From NCBI GenBank assembly GCA_900617105.1, contig UYFQ01000032.1:310001-374000 (forward strand): a DNA stretch of 64,000 nt. The letters are read 5' to 3'. Shown here one piece after another: positions 43,270 to 53,529 of this stretch. The DNA is from Hydrurus foetidus (taxonomy: Eukaryota). Within the stretch, counting starts at the first letter, position 1. Every line of letters starts with the position of its first letter. The notes under the pieces are model-generated. The model saw nothing but the letters and a program-made list of their open reading frames with translations, had not been told where the DNA came from and made no database searches. Position numbers and translations under genes: made by a program.

Positions 43270-44607
43270 TCAGACGCCGTTGAGGTGTTTCGCGTGGAGT
43301 CGAGGCAGACCGTCTTTTAAAACACCGCCTACCGTCAGGAACGAACCAAAAACGACGATTCTATCAGCGGGGTTGGCTGCAGCTACGGCAGCGTCCAGCG
43401 CCTGTTTCGGGTCAGCGTAGGTGCTCGCACGCTCTGTGGGGAGCGCCGCAAACGCCGCGCCAGCGACGGGTTTAAGGGTCTCAAAAATACTTTTAAGCTG
43501 CTGCGCGGTGGCAGCACGGGGCAGGGGCAAGTCGCAAAAATACCATTTATCGACCAGCGGCCCGATGCGGGCGAGCATGGCGGCGAGGTCTTTGTCCGCC
43601 ATCGCCCCCAGCACGGCATGGGTGCAGGGGTAAAAACCCATCGCGTCGAGGTTTTCGGTCAGCGCGGCGACGGCGTGGGGGTTGTGCGCCACGTCCAACA
43701 CCAGCACCGGCTCGCCAGGGATGATCTGGAAGCGGCCCGGCAGCGACACCATCGCCAAACCGTTGCGCACAGCCTGCGCGGTGACGGGGATTTTCTCGCG
43801 CAAAGCGTCCAGCGCGGCCAGCACGCCTGAAGCGTTCACCAGTTGGTTGGCACCCCGCAGTGCCGGGTACGCCATACCGGCGTAACGCCTACCCCGTCCG
43901 GCCCAAGCCCACTGCTGCTTGTCGCCGGTGACGTTGAAATCACGGCCAAACCGCCATAAATCGGCACCCAGCTTGTCTGCGTGGTCCAAAATGCTCTGCG
44001 GCGGCATGGGGTCACTGACCACCACAGGCCGCCCGGCACGCATGATGCCGGCCTTCTCGAAACCAATGGCCTCGCGGTCATTCCCGAGCAATTCGGTGTG
44101 GTCGAGGTCAATGCTGGTGATGACAGCGCAGTCCGCGTCGATGATGTTGACGGCATCCAAGCGGCCACCCAGGCCCACTTCCAGGATCACCACATCCAGC
44201 TGTGCTTTCGCCAGCAGTTGCAGGATGGCCAGGGTGCTGAACTCAAAATAAGACAGACTGATCTCACCATTGTCGGCATCCCTATAGCCTCTAGCGCTTT
44301 CGATATAAGCGAAGTTAGCTACCAAATTTGCAGCAGACACACTCTCACCATGCACCCGGCAGCGCTCTTCAAACTGCACCAAATGCGGGGAGGTGTAGAC
44401 CCCAGTGCGGTAGCCTGCTTCCAGCAGGATGGCCTCTAGCATGGCGCAGGTAGAGCCTTTGCCATTGGTGCCCGCCACGGTAATCACCGGGCAATCGAAG
44501 TGCAGCTTCAGGCGATTGGCCACAGCTTTAACGCGGCCCAGGCCCATTTCAATGGCGGTGGGGTGAAGGTGCTCGCAATGAGCCAGCCAGTCTTGCAGGG
44601 TTTTCAT
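43270..44607 (-). CDS. folC: Dihydrofolate/folylpolyglutamate synthase
   Basis: VAGTNGKGS, YTSPHL, LEVGLGGRLD and LDVAHNP motifs. Confidence 0.97.
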   Translation of the reverse strand: MKTLQDWLAHCEHLHPTAIEMGLGRVKAVANRLKLHFDCPVITVAGTNGKGSTCAMLEAILLEAGYRTGVYTSPHLVQFEERCRVHGESVSAANLVANFAYIESARGYRDADNGEISLSYFEFSTLAILQLLAKAQLDVVILEVGLGGRLDAVNIIDADCAVITSIDLDHTELLGNDREAIGFEKAGIMRAGRPVVVSDPMPPQSILDHADKLGADLWRFGRDFNVTGDKQQWAWAGRGRRYAGMAYPALRGANQLVNASGVLAALDALREKIPVTAQAVRNGLAMVSLPGRFQIIPGEPVLVLDVAHNPHAVAALTENLDAMGFYPCTHAVLGAMADKDLAAMLARIGPLVDKWYFCDLPLPRAATAQQLKSIFETLKPVAGAAFAALPTERASTYADPKQALDAAVAAANPADRIVVFGSFLTVGGVLKDGLPRLHAKHLNGV

Positions 44608-44659
44608 GGGGGTCTATTATCATGATCCGGTGGTGATGATGCGAACTTAGGCTGATCGA

Positions 44660-44677
44660 ATTTCACAACCACGTCAT
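44660..44677 (+). promoter_or_regulatory. Possible Pho box upstream of phoD
   Basis: TTTCAC and CGTCAT half-sites at 11-bp spacing (Pho box consensus half-site TGTCAT). Confidence 0.4.
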
Positions 44678-44719
44678 ACAGGAAGTGCCAAATAAAAAGC
44701 TTAACCACAGCTTTACACC

Positions 44720-46483
44720 ATGTCACTCCATCCAAAGAACCGTCGTGAATTTTTCATCCACTCTGCAGGTACTGTCGCAGCCTTGGCGACGACCGGAGTC
44801 GCCTTGGTCGCTTGCGGCGACGGCAGCGCACCAGCCGCAGAATTCAAATACGGTGTAGCCAGTGGCGATCCGTTGGCTGACCGCGTCATTTTGTGGACGC
44901 ATGCCAAGATGGCGAACGCCAACGACAACGTACAGCTGACTTGGCAGGTGAGTACCAGCGCCACGTTTGACAGCATCTTGGCCTCTGGCACCGTGACCTC
45001 AACCGCTGAGACGGCGTTCACGAACAAAGTTGATGCCACAGGGCTGTCGGCTGGCAACACCTACTACTACCGATTTTTGGATCCCTCGCGTAATGCATCG
45101 CCTGTGGGCACCACCCGCACCCTGCCAGCGGCCAATGCGGCCAGCGTGAAATTTGCCGTCTTCTCGTGTACCTTGTATTCAGCTGGGTACTTCAATGCCT
45201 ACGACGCTGCGGGGAAATCGGGTGCGCAATACGCCCTTCATTTAGGTGACTACATCTACGAATACGGCTCTGATCCGTCCAAATTTGGCAACAGTGATGC
45301 GGTGACGCTGGGACGGGTAACAGCCCCCGCCAATGACATGGTGAGTCTGGACGATTACCGTACCCGCTACGCGCTGTACCGCACTGACCCCAACCTTCAA
45401 GCCCTGCATGCAGCCATGCCTTGGATCACGGTGTGGGATGACCATGAATTTGCCAACAATGCATGGGTTGACGGTGCAGAAAACCACAAAAGCGCGACCC
45501 AGGGCAGCTGGAATACGCGCAAGGCCATTGCAGCGCGGGTCTACCACGAATGGATGCCTATCCGAACCCCTGATACAACCAACCTGCTCAAGATATACCG
45601 CCGTTTTGACTTTGGCAACATTTTCACGCTGCACATGGTGGACACGCGCATCGAGGGGCGTGACAGGCAATACGACGACTATGGCGATGCCGATGGTGGC
45701 ATCGGTCGCTACGCGACGGCATTGACAAGCGGTACGGACGCCACCCACCGCATGATGAGCACCACCCAGCAAAACTGGCTCACCAGTGGCATGGCGGCCT
45801 CTACGGCAACGTGGCAGATCCTGGGCAACCAGGACATCATGGCGCGGATGTGGTTCCCCGCCAGCGTGCTGGTAGCGCAGGGCACGGCCACGGTGAGCCC
45901 GACAGCCGCCAACCAGCAAGCGGTGCTGAAGTCTATTTCAGACTTCCTGACCGCCAAGGCCACACCATCCGCTTCACGTACAGCCACACAGGCTGGGTTG
46001 GTCAGTACCAGCACTAACCCACGCCTCCCCTACAACCTCGACGCTTGGGACGGCTACCCCATTCAACGCGAAACCATTTTGCAAACGGTCAAAGCACAGG
46101 GCAAGAAATTGATTGCACTGTCAGGTGACTCACACAATGCATGGTTTACCCACCTGACAACATTGGCTGGCGAGAAAGTAGGTTTCGAGTTTGCGGGCTC
46201 CTCCGTCACGTCACCCGGCTTTGAGAGCGCCGGACTCGGTGGCCTGGCCAGTTCGCTCGACGGTACGGCTGTGGCTCCCGGTGTGCAAGGCACAGGTCTT
46301 GGGCTGGTTGACGATCTCAACTATGCAGAAACGGTTCGCCGTGGCTACCTGCTGATGACGGCCACTGCTGCATCGGTCAAGGGCGAGTTTGTGTTTGTGG
46401 ACACCATCAAGTCAAAAACCTACGTGGCTACCACGGGCAAAACAGTCACTGTCGCGGCGACAGGTACGGTCACTTACGCTTAA
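44720..46483 (+). CDS. phoD: Alkaline phosphatase D (Tat lipoprotein)
   Basis: RREFF Tat motif, LVAC lipobox, GVASGDP, HLGDYIYE, WDDHE and SGDSH motifs. Confidence 0.93.
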   Translation: MSLHPKNRREFFIHSAGTVAALATTGVALVACGDGSAPAAEFKYGVASGDPLADRVILWTHAKMANANDNVQLTWQVSTSATFDSILASGTVTSTAETAFTNKVDATGLSAGNTYYYRFLDPSRNASPVGTTRTLPAANAASVKFAVFSCTLYSAGYFNAYDAAGKSGAQYALHLGDYIYEYGSDPSKFGNSDAVTLGRVTAPANDMVSLDDYRTRYALYRTDPNLQALHAAMPWITVWDDHEFANNAWVDGAENHKSATQGSWNTRKAIAARVYHEWMPIRTPDTTNLLKIYRRFDFGNIFTLHMVDTRIEGRDRQYDDYGDADGGIGRYATALTSGTDATHRMMSTTQQNWLTSGMAASTATWQILGNQDIMARMWFPASVLVAQGTATVSPTAANQQAVLKSISDFLTAKATPSASRTATQAGLVSTSTNPRLPYNLDAWDGYPIQRETILQTVKAQGKKLIALSGDSHNAWFTHLTTLAGEKVGFEFAGSSVTSPGFESAGLGGLASSLDGTAVAPGVQGTGLGLVDDLNYAETVRRGYLLMTATAASVKGEFVFVDTIKSKTYVATTGKTVTVAATGTVTYA

Positions 46484-46542
46484 AAGTACGCACTGGGCAA
46501 CGCAGCTGCTTTCGTTGCGTTGCCCGGTATCAGCTCAGATAC

Positions 46543-47733
46543 TCACAGCACCCGCTCTGCAAACCAAAACACAGACAGCATCACCAGCAGCCACGAGCCC
46601 CAACGCAGCACCCAGCGGGCGTAAAACGGCTTGCCCACCAGCGGCTGCGAGACGATCACCCAGGCCGTCACGGCGATCAGTTGCCCTGCTTCCACGCCCA
46701 AGTTAAAGCCCCCCAAGGCCCAGCCCAACAGGCCGGAAGGTGCGGCAGCCTCGGTCAGCAACCCAGCAAAGCCGTAGCCATGCACCAGACCAAACACACC
46801 CGCCAGCACCTCGGTGCGCAGCCAGCGCTGGGGGTAGATATTCAGCAAGGCAGAGACACCAATCGACAACGCAATCACCGGCTCCACCCAGGCGGGCGAG
46901 GCGCTGGTGTAGCCCAGCGTGGCGAGCACCAAGGTGATGGAATGGCCCAGAGTGAACGCGGTGATGGTGGTCAGCAAGCGGCCCCATTCGGATGTATTTT
47001 TCGATGGGCTTTCCGATGCCCCTGCCTTCGCCGTCACCGCTGTGTTTCGCGGCCACAGCAGCAACTGCAAAGGCAGCACCAGCGCCAGCAAGAACGCCAG
47101 ATGGTCGTAGCCCTCCAGCAGATGGTGAACGCCCAGCCCGAAATACTGGGTCAGGCTGCGCCATGCGGAGTTCGGTTGTGCGGCGGGGGATGCGGCAACC
47201 ACACCAGCCCCCAGCACTGTGGCCTGCGTCTGCGTGGGGGAAACCGTCAGCAGCAAATCTTTGCCGTCCAATTGACCGGCCACCAGCAGACGGTGTGTGG
47301 TGTCTTGGGTTTTGAAAAGCGCATAGCGCAGGGCCAGTGCAGCCCCGGCAGCGGATGAGGGCGATGCCGTGAAGCGCACATAAGCGCCATCCCCGCGTGA
47401 CTCCAGGCCGTCGAACTTCCAGACCAGTGCAGGTGCACCCGCGATACCGATCTCGGTGGTCAACAAGGTGCTGATGGCGGGTTTTGCGGCCTTGATCTCG
47501 CCCCAGGTGACGCGGCCATCGCCATTGGCATCAACGCTCAGCACCAGTTCCAGGTCTTTGATCGCCACGGCGTAGGTGAGGCTCACACGCTGTGGATCAT
47601 TGGGCTGATGGGGTTGATCACTGACTTGCAAATAAGCATCGCTGCCTTTGTGTGCCCAAGCGTTACCCGCAGCCATGCAGACCAAAAGCACACCCATCCA
47701 TCCATGCGCCACACGTTTCAACCAAGGTTTCAT
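46543..47733 (-). CDS. HupE/UreJ-type membrane protein with periplasmic EF-hand-like domain
   Basis: GYDHLAF, FTLGHSITL, LVHGYGF and FNLGVEAGQ motifs; DANGDGRVTWGE loop. Confidence 0.88.
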   Translation of the reverse strand: MKPWLKRVAHGWMGVLLVCMAAGNAWAHKGSDAYLQVSDQPHQPNDPQRVSLTYAVAIKDLELVLSVDANGDGRVTWGEIKAAKPAISTLLTTEIGIAGAPALVWKFDGLESRGDGAYVRFTASPSSAAGAALALRYALFKTQDTTHRLLVAGQLDGKDLLLTVSPTQTQATVLGAGVVAASPAAQPNSAWRSLTQYFGLGVHHLLEGYDHLAFLLALVLPLQLLLWPRNTAVTAKAGASESPSKNTSEWGRLLTTITAFTLGHSITLVLATLGYTSASPAWVEPVIALSIGVSALLNIYPQRWLRTEVLAGVFGLVHGYGFAGLLTEAAAPSGLLGWALGGFNLGVEAGQLIAVTAWVIVSQPLVGKPFYARWVLRWGSWLLVMLSVFWFAERVL

Positions 47734-48974
47734 GGCTTTCCTCTCAAAGGCAACGCCTGTAAACGCTGGTCTTTCAGGCCGATGGCGGCGATACCCGCTT
47801 GAAACTCAGCCACGGCTTTGTCGTCCTTGGCGGCTTGGGCGCTTTGCAGGGCCAGCCACCAGTCGATCGGTTCTTTTTGCAGCTTCAAATTCTGCCGAGC
47901 CAGCGCCAAAGCCGCGCTAGGCTGATCGTCCAGCCACAGGGCGATGAGGCCGGCTTCACGGGCATGCAAGGACACATCGTCGCCCCGGCGGCGCAGGGCG
48001 GCATCGCGCTCGTGCAGCTCGGTGGTAATGGCCTGCCAGCCGCTTTGGCCGCTCAGGCGCAGCGAGTGGGCGCGGCGGATCAGCACGGCATCGGTTTCGG
48101 GCACCGCGGCCAAGGCTTTCATTGCGGCTTGGGGTTGACGGGTACGCAGCAGCATATCGCTGTAGGCCAGGGCGGTGTACAGGTCAGGCTCGGCTTTCAG
48201 GCTGCGCTGGTAGGCTTTCGCGGCAGCGGCATCGTGCCCGGCGCGTTCTTCACTTTCGGCCAGCAGCGAGGCAACCCAGGCGATTTGGGAGGGGGTCTGG
48301 GCCGCGCTGAGCAGGGTCTGGAAATCGCGTGGTGTTTGAGCCGTTTGGCCCTGTAGCGATTCGGTTTCCAGGCTGCACACTTTGGCGTACCAGAGCTGTC
48401 GGGCCAGGGCCACAGCTTCGCAGGCCAGCAAGGATTCTTTGTACCGGCCTGACAGGCGCTCCAGGCTGGCGAGGGTGAGCCATGCCTGGGCGTTGCCTCG
48501 GTCGCGCTTCAAGGCGGCTTTCAGCGTGGCATGGGCGGCGGCGAATTCATGGCGGCCTTGCTGCACCGTGGCCTGCATCACCATGAGGGCGGGCGGTGCA
48601 TCGGGCTTGTCCCACCAGGGGCTGAGGACGGCTTGGGCACGGCCCCAAAAGCGCGTGTCACCCGACTGGCGGGCCTCTCCCACCCAGGCTTGGGCTTGGG
48701 ACAAGGCTTCAGCGGCAGTAGGTGAAGGGGTCAATAACGAGGCAGAGGCAGAGGCCGGTGCAGTGACCGGCACTGAAGCAGTTGGACTGGTCGCCGCTGG
48801 CCGTACAGCAGCACTTCGGTTGAATTGGCGGGCAGCGGGCAAGGTCTCAATGACTTGCTCGTCGCGCTCGGGTTTGATTTCAGTAACAGCCTCGGCGCTC
48901 ACCAAAATGAACACCAAGGCTGAAAACACCATCAGCTGGGGATGAAGGGATTGGAACAACGTCATCGCCAGCAT
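47730..48974 (-). CDS. Exported TPR protein
   Basis: Ala-rich helical repeats, hydrophobic N-terminus; stop overlaps the HupE-type gene start. Confidence 0.8.
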   Translation of the reverse strand: MLAMTLFQSLHPQLMVFSALVFILVSAEAVTEIKPERDEQVIETLPAARQFNRSAAVRPAATSPTASVPVTAPASASASLLTPSPTAAEALSQAQAWVGEARQSGDTRFWGRAQAVLSPWWDKPDAPPALMVMQATVQQGRHEFAAAHATLKAALKRDRGNAQAWLTLASLERLSGRYKESLLACEAVALARQLWYAKVCSLETESLQGQTAQTPRDFQTLLSAAQTPSQIAWVASLLAESEERAGHDAAAAKAYQRSLKAEPDLYTALAYSDMLLRTRQPQAAMKALAAVPETDAVLIRRAHSLRLSGQSGWQAITTELHERDAALRRRGDDVSLHAREAGLIALWLDDQPSAALALARQNLKLQKEPIDWWLALQSAQAAKDDKAVAEFQAGIAAIGLKDQRLQALPLRGKP

Positions 48975-48994
48975 TATGGGTTGTCAGGGGCCAC

Positions 48995-49273
48995 TCAAAT
49001 CGAAGCGGGCTCAGACGTTTCATCAACCGCCAGTTCGGTGGTTGTAATGTCGTTCGGCGCGCTTATATCGCTGGTCAAGCCCATGAGATCAGCCATGTAC
49101 TTGAAGATACCGGCCACGCTGATGCTGACAGCCGCAGGAGGAACAGGGGTGGTGGGTGTTGTCGGCACTGTTGGCGTCGTGACGACAGCATCACCGCCAC
49201 TACCACCGCAAGCAGTGAGAGCCAGCACGACTGCGACTGTAGACACGAGCGCCAGGGATTGGGATGTTTTCAT
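48995..49273 (-). CDS. Small lipoprotein
   Basis: LTAC lipobox, Thr/Pro linker, C-terminal DETSEP. Confidence 0.75.
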   Translation of the reverse strand: MKTSQSLALVSTVAVVLALTACGGSGGDAVVTTPTVPTTPTTPVPPAAVSISVAGIFKYMADLMGLTSDISAPNDITTTELAVDETSEPASI

Positions 49274-49367
49274 GGTTATCCTTGTGTATCAAAATGGCTT
49301 TCATAGCTGGTGCAATAAGCACAATCAGCTATGAAATCAGGAGTTATAGAAAGCAACTAAGCCGGGC

Positions 49368-50978
49368 TTACTTTTGCAGCGGCGACGAACCTGCCAGAGG
49401 CGTATTCAAGTACGGGAAGCTGGTCAAGAAAGGCACCACGGCTTGGTCTACGCCATCGTGTACCGCAGCGGACGTGGCACCCAGGGGCACGCTGGAGGCT
49501 TTGCACGCGGAGGTCACACCGGCCACACCAGGAATGCTGTTGAGCTTCAAGCCATCGTTGTCACCGTTGATGACGCACAGACCACCCAGCATCGCCACCA
49601 GAGCGATGTCCACCACGTCGTCTTTAGGACGGCGACCGTTGGGGAAACCGGCCAAATCTTTGGCTTTGTCCAGATTGGCCAAACCACCGACGCGCAGCAC
49701 CTCACCCGCCACACCCAAACGGTTTTGATCCGCATAAGCCACTGGCGCGATGGCCGTGTTCAGACGCAGCATTTCAGAAGGTGTGGGGTTCGCTGGCTTG
49801 TTCACGCCAGTGATGCCGGTCAAGAAGACGGTAGCCAAATCGGTACGTGGCAGATTGGTAGGGGCCAAAGCTTTAGCGTCACCCGCGAGCACAACGCCCA
49901 AAAGCACTGGCAGCGTGGGGTTAATCACGTAATTCAGGAACTGTCCGTCACCACTGGGTTTGGAGGCGTTGAACTTGTCTTTGTCTTTCAAGCCAATCAC
50001 CACCTCGTTTACCAGGGGGTTACCAAGACGGGAGACTTGCGTCCATGCACCGCCAGCTTTTTCACTGGTCTGGTGACCGGAAGCAGGGGCTCCGTTCAAC
50101 AGCCGGGCTTGGCGCATGCTTGCACTTGTCCATCCTCCAATCACGGGGTCAGTGCCTGCAGTCAGGCAGTCTTTGTGGACTTCCATAGCGATGGTTGTGA
50201 CGTTCTTGTCCTGAATCGACTTGGACGCAAACGCGTTGATATTGGCCGGATTGGTGATTTGAGCGGCGGTGGCATTCACCAGATCGAAAATAGGCCCGAG
50301 ATTGACTGCAAAGCCTTCTTGGCGCTGGCCCACGAACACGCGGCCCTGGTCTTTGCCGGCGGGGCAACCAGGCACCGTCACCGTATGGATGTGCTGACCG
50401 GCGTAGGCGGCGTAAGCAGCGGTTTCGCCCAACGTCTTCACGCCAATGTAGTCCACAGGCTTTTCGAACGTTGCACCACCACCGGTTTTACTGATAGCCG
50501 TGGCTACTCCAGTGCGGCGGTCGCCACGCACAACGGTGACGCCATAACTCTCTGCCACATGCAAATTAGGGTCATTCAGCTTACTAACGCCACCGATCTG
50601 CACCAAAGGAATAGAGACAGACGTACCACCAACGGTCAGTGCCAAATCGTTCAACTTATTCTTGAAGCGAAATTGGAAAGTGATGTCTTCTTTGGCATCA
50701 CCATTGTTATCAAGGTGGATTTCATACAGTGCGTTGGGATCCATCATGAAATAGTTGGGGCCGCCGTAGCTGTCTTGCAGGGGGATGTAGTTGGCGATCA
50801 GCGTCACGTAATCGGTGCGGCCCGCCTCGTAGCTGCGGAACATGTAGAAATCACTGGCATCCACTTTGGGGCTGGTGGTGATGAACGGGGCTTCGCGGTG
50901 GCTGGAAGCACTGACAAGGCCTGCGCCGCAAACTGCGGCGATCGCCAAAGCAGTGACGGTGAGTTTTTTAAAATACAT
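49368..50978 (-). CDS. DUF4331 secreted protein
   Basis: ASSHREAP, QVSRLGNPLVNE and GFPNGRRP-DD motifs; GGAG RBS before ATG 50978. Confidence 0.88.
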   Translation of the reverse strand: MYFKKLTVTALAIAAVCGAGLVSASSHREAPFITTSPKVDASDFYMFRSYEAGRTDYVTLIANYIPLQDSYGGPNYFMMDPNALYEIHLDNNGDAKEDITFQFRFKNKLNDLALTVGGTSVSIPLVQIGGVSKLNDPNLHVAESYGVTVVRGDRRTGVATAISKTGGGATFEKPVDYIGVKTLGETAAYAAYAGQHIHTVTVPGCPAGKDQGRVFVGQRQEGFAVNLGPIFDLVNATAAQITNPANINAFASKSIQDKNVTTIAMEVHKDCLTAGTDPVIGGWTSASMRQARLLNGAPASGHQTSEKAGGAWTQVSRLGNPLVNEVVIGLKDKDKFNASKPSGDGQFLNYVINPTLPVLLGVVLAGDAKALAPTNLPRTDLATVFLTGITGVNKPANPTPSEMLRLNTAIAPVAYADQNRLGVAGEVLRVGGLANLDKAKDLAGFPNGRRPKDDVVDIALVAMLGGLCVINGDNDGLKLNSIPGVAGVTSACKASSVPLGATSAAVHDGVDQAVVPFLTSFPYLNTPLAGSSPLQK

Positions 50979-51063
50979 GGAGAACTCCTGGTGTGGTGCG
51001 GTTTTTGCTGAAAGTTTGCTGAAACGGTAAAAAGACACAGGCAACACTTTAGGTTTGCCTGAT

Positions 51064-51096
51064 TGCTTTACGCACTGGACACACCACTGGATTCAA
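51064..51096 (-). promoter_or_regulatory. ECF-type promoter for the DUF4331 operon
   Basis: TTGAATCC-N16-CGTAAAGCA on the minus strand. Confidence 0.7.
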
Positions 51097-51137
51097 AACG
51101 TCCAAAAAAATCTGAAAAAATCTAAAAAGACAGGGCG

Positions 51138-51170
51138 TTGAATCCAAACCGGCGCAGTCAACGTAAAGCA
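51138..51170 (+). promoter_or_regulatory. ECF-type promoter for the TonB receptor
   Basis: TTGAATCC-N16-CGTAAAGCA, identical boxes to the divergent promoter. Confidence 0.7.
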
Positions 51171-51206
51171 TGGCAAGCCCTCAGAACAACCACCCGACAC
51201 ACCGCC

Positions 51207-53360
51207 ATGACCGCCATCAAACCCCCTCGTGCGCCCGCGCCCACTTTCACCCGCCGCCCCACCGTTCAAGCCTGCCTCGCCACCGTGCTACTCACCAGCC
51301 TCGCCGCGCAACACGCTCAGGCCCATGACCCCATCGACGCCAACCTGAGCGAAATCACCGTGCGCAGCACCCGCGAAGACCTGCAAGGCACGGCAACCAC
51401 CGCCAGCGAAGGCGTGGTCACACTGAAGCAGCTGCGCACCCGCCCAATGCTGCGTGCGGGCGATTTGATGGAAGCCGTGCCCGGTTTGGTGGCCACCCAG
51501 CACGCCGGTGAAGGCAAGGCCAACCAATACTACCTGCGCGGCTTCAACCTCGACCACGGCACCGATTTGGCGACCTATGTCGATGGCGTACCCGTCAACC
51601 TGCCCACCCACGGCCACGGTCAGGGCTACACTGATTTGGGCTTTTTGATCCCTGAGCTGATTGAATCTGTGCAGTACCGCAAAGGCCCGTATGCGGCAGA
51701 AGACGGCGACTTTGCCGCTGCGGGCGCTGTGCGGATGAACACCGTGCGCCGCGTCAACCACCCGTTCGGCCAAATCGAACTGGGCGGTGGCAACTACCGC
51801 CGCGCCCTGGCCGTAGGCTCGCTGGAGTTGGGTGGTGGCGACTTGCTGCTGGCCGGTGAACAGCTCAATGACGATGGCCCCTGGGCGGTCAAACAAAACC
51901 TCAAACGAACCAACCTGTTGGGCAAATACACCCAAGGCAGCAAGGGCAACGGCTGGTCAGTCGGCCTCACGCATTACCAAGCCTCGTGGATTTCATCCGA
52001 CCAAATCCCCCAGCGGGCGGTGGACAGCGGTTTGGTCGGGCGCTTTGGCTCGCTCGACCCCACCGCCGGAGGCCAAACCCGCCGCACCGGGCTGAATGCG
52101 AACTGGGTCAGCACCGACAAAGGCACACAAACCCAAGTCAGCGCCTACGCCCTTCGCTATGATTTTGAACTGTTCTCGCAGTTCACCTACGCCACCCGAG
52201 GCTGTGATGCAGACCCGCTGCCTGCCGCGTGCAACGGCAAAGCGCCACTCGACCAGTTCTCCCAGGTTGACCACCGCAACGCGCTGGGCTTGAACGCCTC
52301 GCACCGCGTACCCCTGACGGTGGCGGGCCTGGACGGCATCTTCACCATCGGCACTGACATCCGGCGCGACAACATCGGCCAAGTTGCCCTGTACGACACC
52401 CTGGCCCGCATGCGCACAAACACCGTGCGCAGTGACAGCGTGGAACTCAACGCCCTGGGCCTGTGGAGCCAAGCTGAATTACAACTCACGCCCCAACTGC
52501 GCGGCATCGCCGGTCTGCGCTGGGACAAACGCGCCTTGAGCGTCAACAGTTCCATCCCACAAAACTCGGGTAACGCAGGTGCCGCCATCAGCAGCCCCAA
52601 AGTTTCACTGATCTACAGCGCCAACCCCACGCTTGACCTGTACGCCAACTGGGGACGCGGCTTCCACAGCAACGATGCCCGTGGGGCCGTCGCTAAAGTT
52701 GACCCCCGCGACCCGTCCGTGGCCGTCAGCCCCGCCACCCCGCTGGTGCGTGCCACCGGCTATGAGTTCGGCACCCGCCACAAAGTGACGGACGAATTCA
52801 CCCTGACCGCCGCACTCTGGGCGCTGAAGCTCAATTCCGAACTCTTGTTTGTGGGCGACGCGGGAACGACAGAAGCCTCGCGCCCGTCGATGCGCAAAGG
52901 CTTGGAAATCACCAGCAACTGGCGTCCCACCAAAAACCTGGAGTTGGACGGCGACTTGTCCCTCTCCCGCGCCCGCTTCAGCGATGCCAACACCGCAGGC
53001 GACTTCATCCCCGGCTCGATGGAGCGCGTCGCCAGTTTCGGTGCCACCTACCAAAGCGGCCCCTGGACGCTGGGCACCCGCATCCGCCACTTCGGCAGCC
53101 GCGCCCTGATCGAAGACAACAGTATTCGCGGCAATGCCAGCACCATGGTCAACGTGAAAAGCGGCTACCGCCTCAGCGCCAACGCTGAGCTGTCCGTCGA
53201 GGTGTTCAACCTGTTCAACCGCAGCGTGAACGACACCGAATACGCCTATGCCTCCCGCCTGCCCGGCGAAGCCGCTTTCTCAGCCAGCACCCCCGCTACG
53301 CTGCACTTTCACCCCAGCCTGCCACGCACAGCGCGGGTGGGGTTGAAGATGTGGTTTTGA
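51207..53360 (+). CDS. TonB-dependent receptor
   Basis: Plug motifs (QHAGEGKANQYYLRGFNLDHG, HGHGQGY); C-terminal Phe. Confidence 0.93.
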   Translation: MTAIKPPRAPAPTFTRRPTVQACLATVLLTSLAAQHAQAHDPIDANLSEITVRSTREDLQGTATTASEGVVTLKQLRTRPMLRAGDLMEAVPGLVATQHAGEGKANQYYLRGFNLDHGTDLATYVDGVPVNLPTHGHGQGYTDLGFLIPELIESVQYRKGPYAAEDGDFAAAGAVRMNTVRRVNHPFGQIELGGGNYRRALAVGSLELGGGDLLLAGEQLNDDGPWAVKQNLKRTNLLGKYTQGSKGNGWSVGLTHYQASWISSDQIPQRAVDSGLVGRFGSLDPTAGGQTRRTGLNANWVSTDKGTQTQVSAYALRYDFELFSQFTYATRGCDADPLPAACNGKAPLDQFSQVDHRNALGLNASHRVPLTVAGLDGIFTIGTDIRRDNIGQVALYDTLARMRTNTVRSDSVELNALGLWSQAELQLTPQLRGIAGLRWDKRALSVNSSIPQNSGNAGAAISSPKVSLIYSANPTLDLYANWGRGFHSNDARGAVAKVDPRDPSVAVSPATPLVRATGYEFGTRHKVTDEFTLTAALWALKLNSELLFVGDAGTTEASRPSMRKGLEITSNWRPTKNLELDGDLSLSRARFSDANTAGDFIPGSMERVASFGATYQSGPWTLGTRIRHFGSRALIEDNSIRGNASTMVNVKSGYRLSANAELSVEVFNLFNRSVNDTEYAYASRLPGEAAFSASTPATLHFHPSLPRTARVGLKMWF

Positions 53361-53529
53361 GCTGGAATGGGGTGCGATGCAAAGTGATGTGGGTTGAAAC
53401 CGTACGACTGCAAGCAGTTTTTGGGGGCAAATTCCAAAAAACCTATACCTCGCCCGAATCAATGTGGTCGCCTTCACGGAGCAAGCCAGAGGCAGGGCTT
53501 GCAGTGCTGCTTACTCGCTAGCCTTTGAT

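Noticed and set aside
49374..51011. 545-aa plus-strand ORF
   Set aside because: Antisense shadow of the DUF4331 gene with no recognisable motifs.
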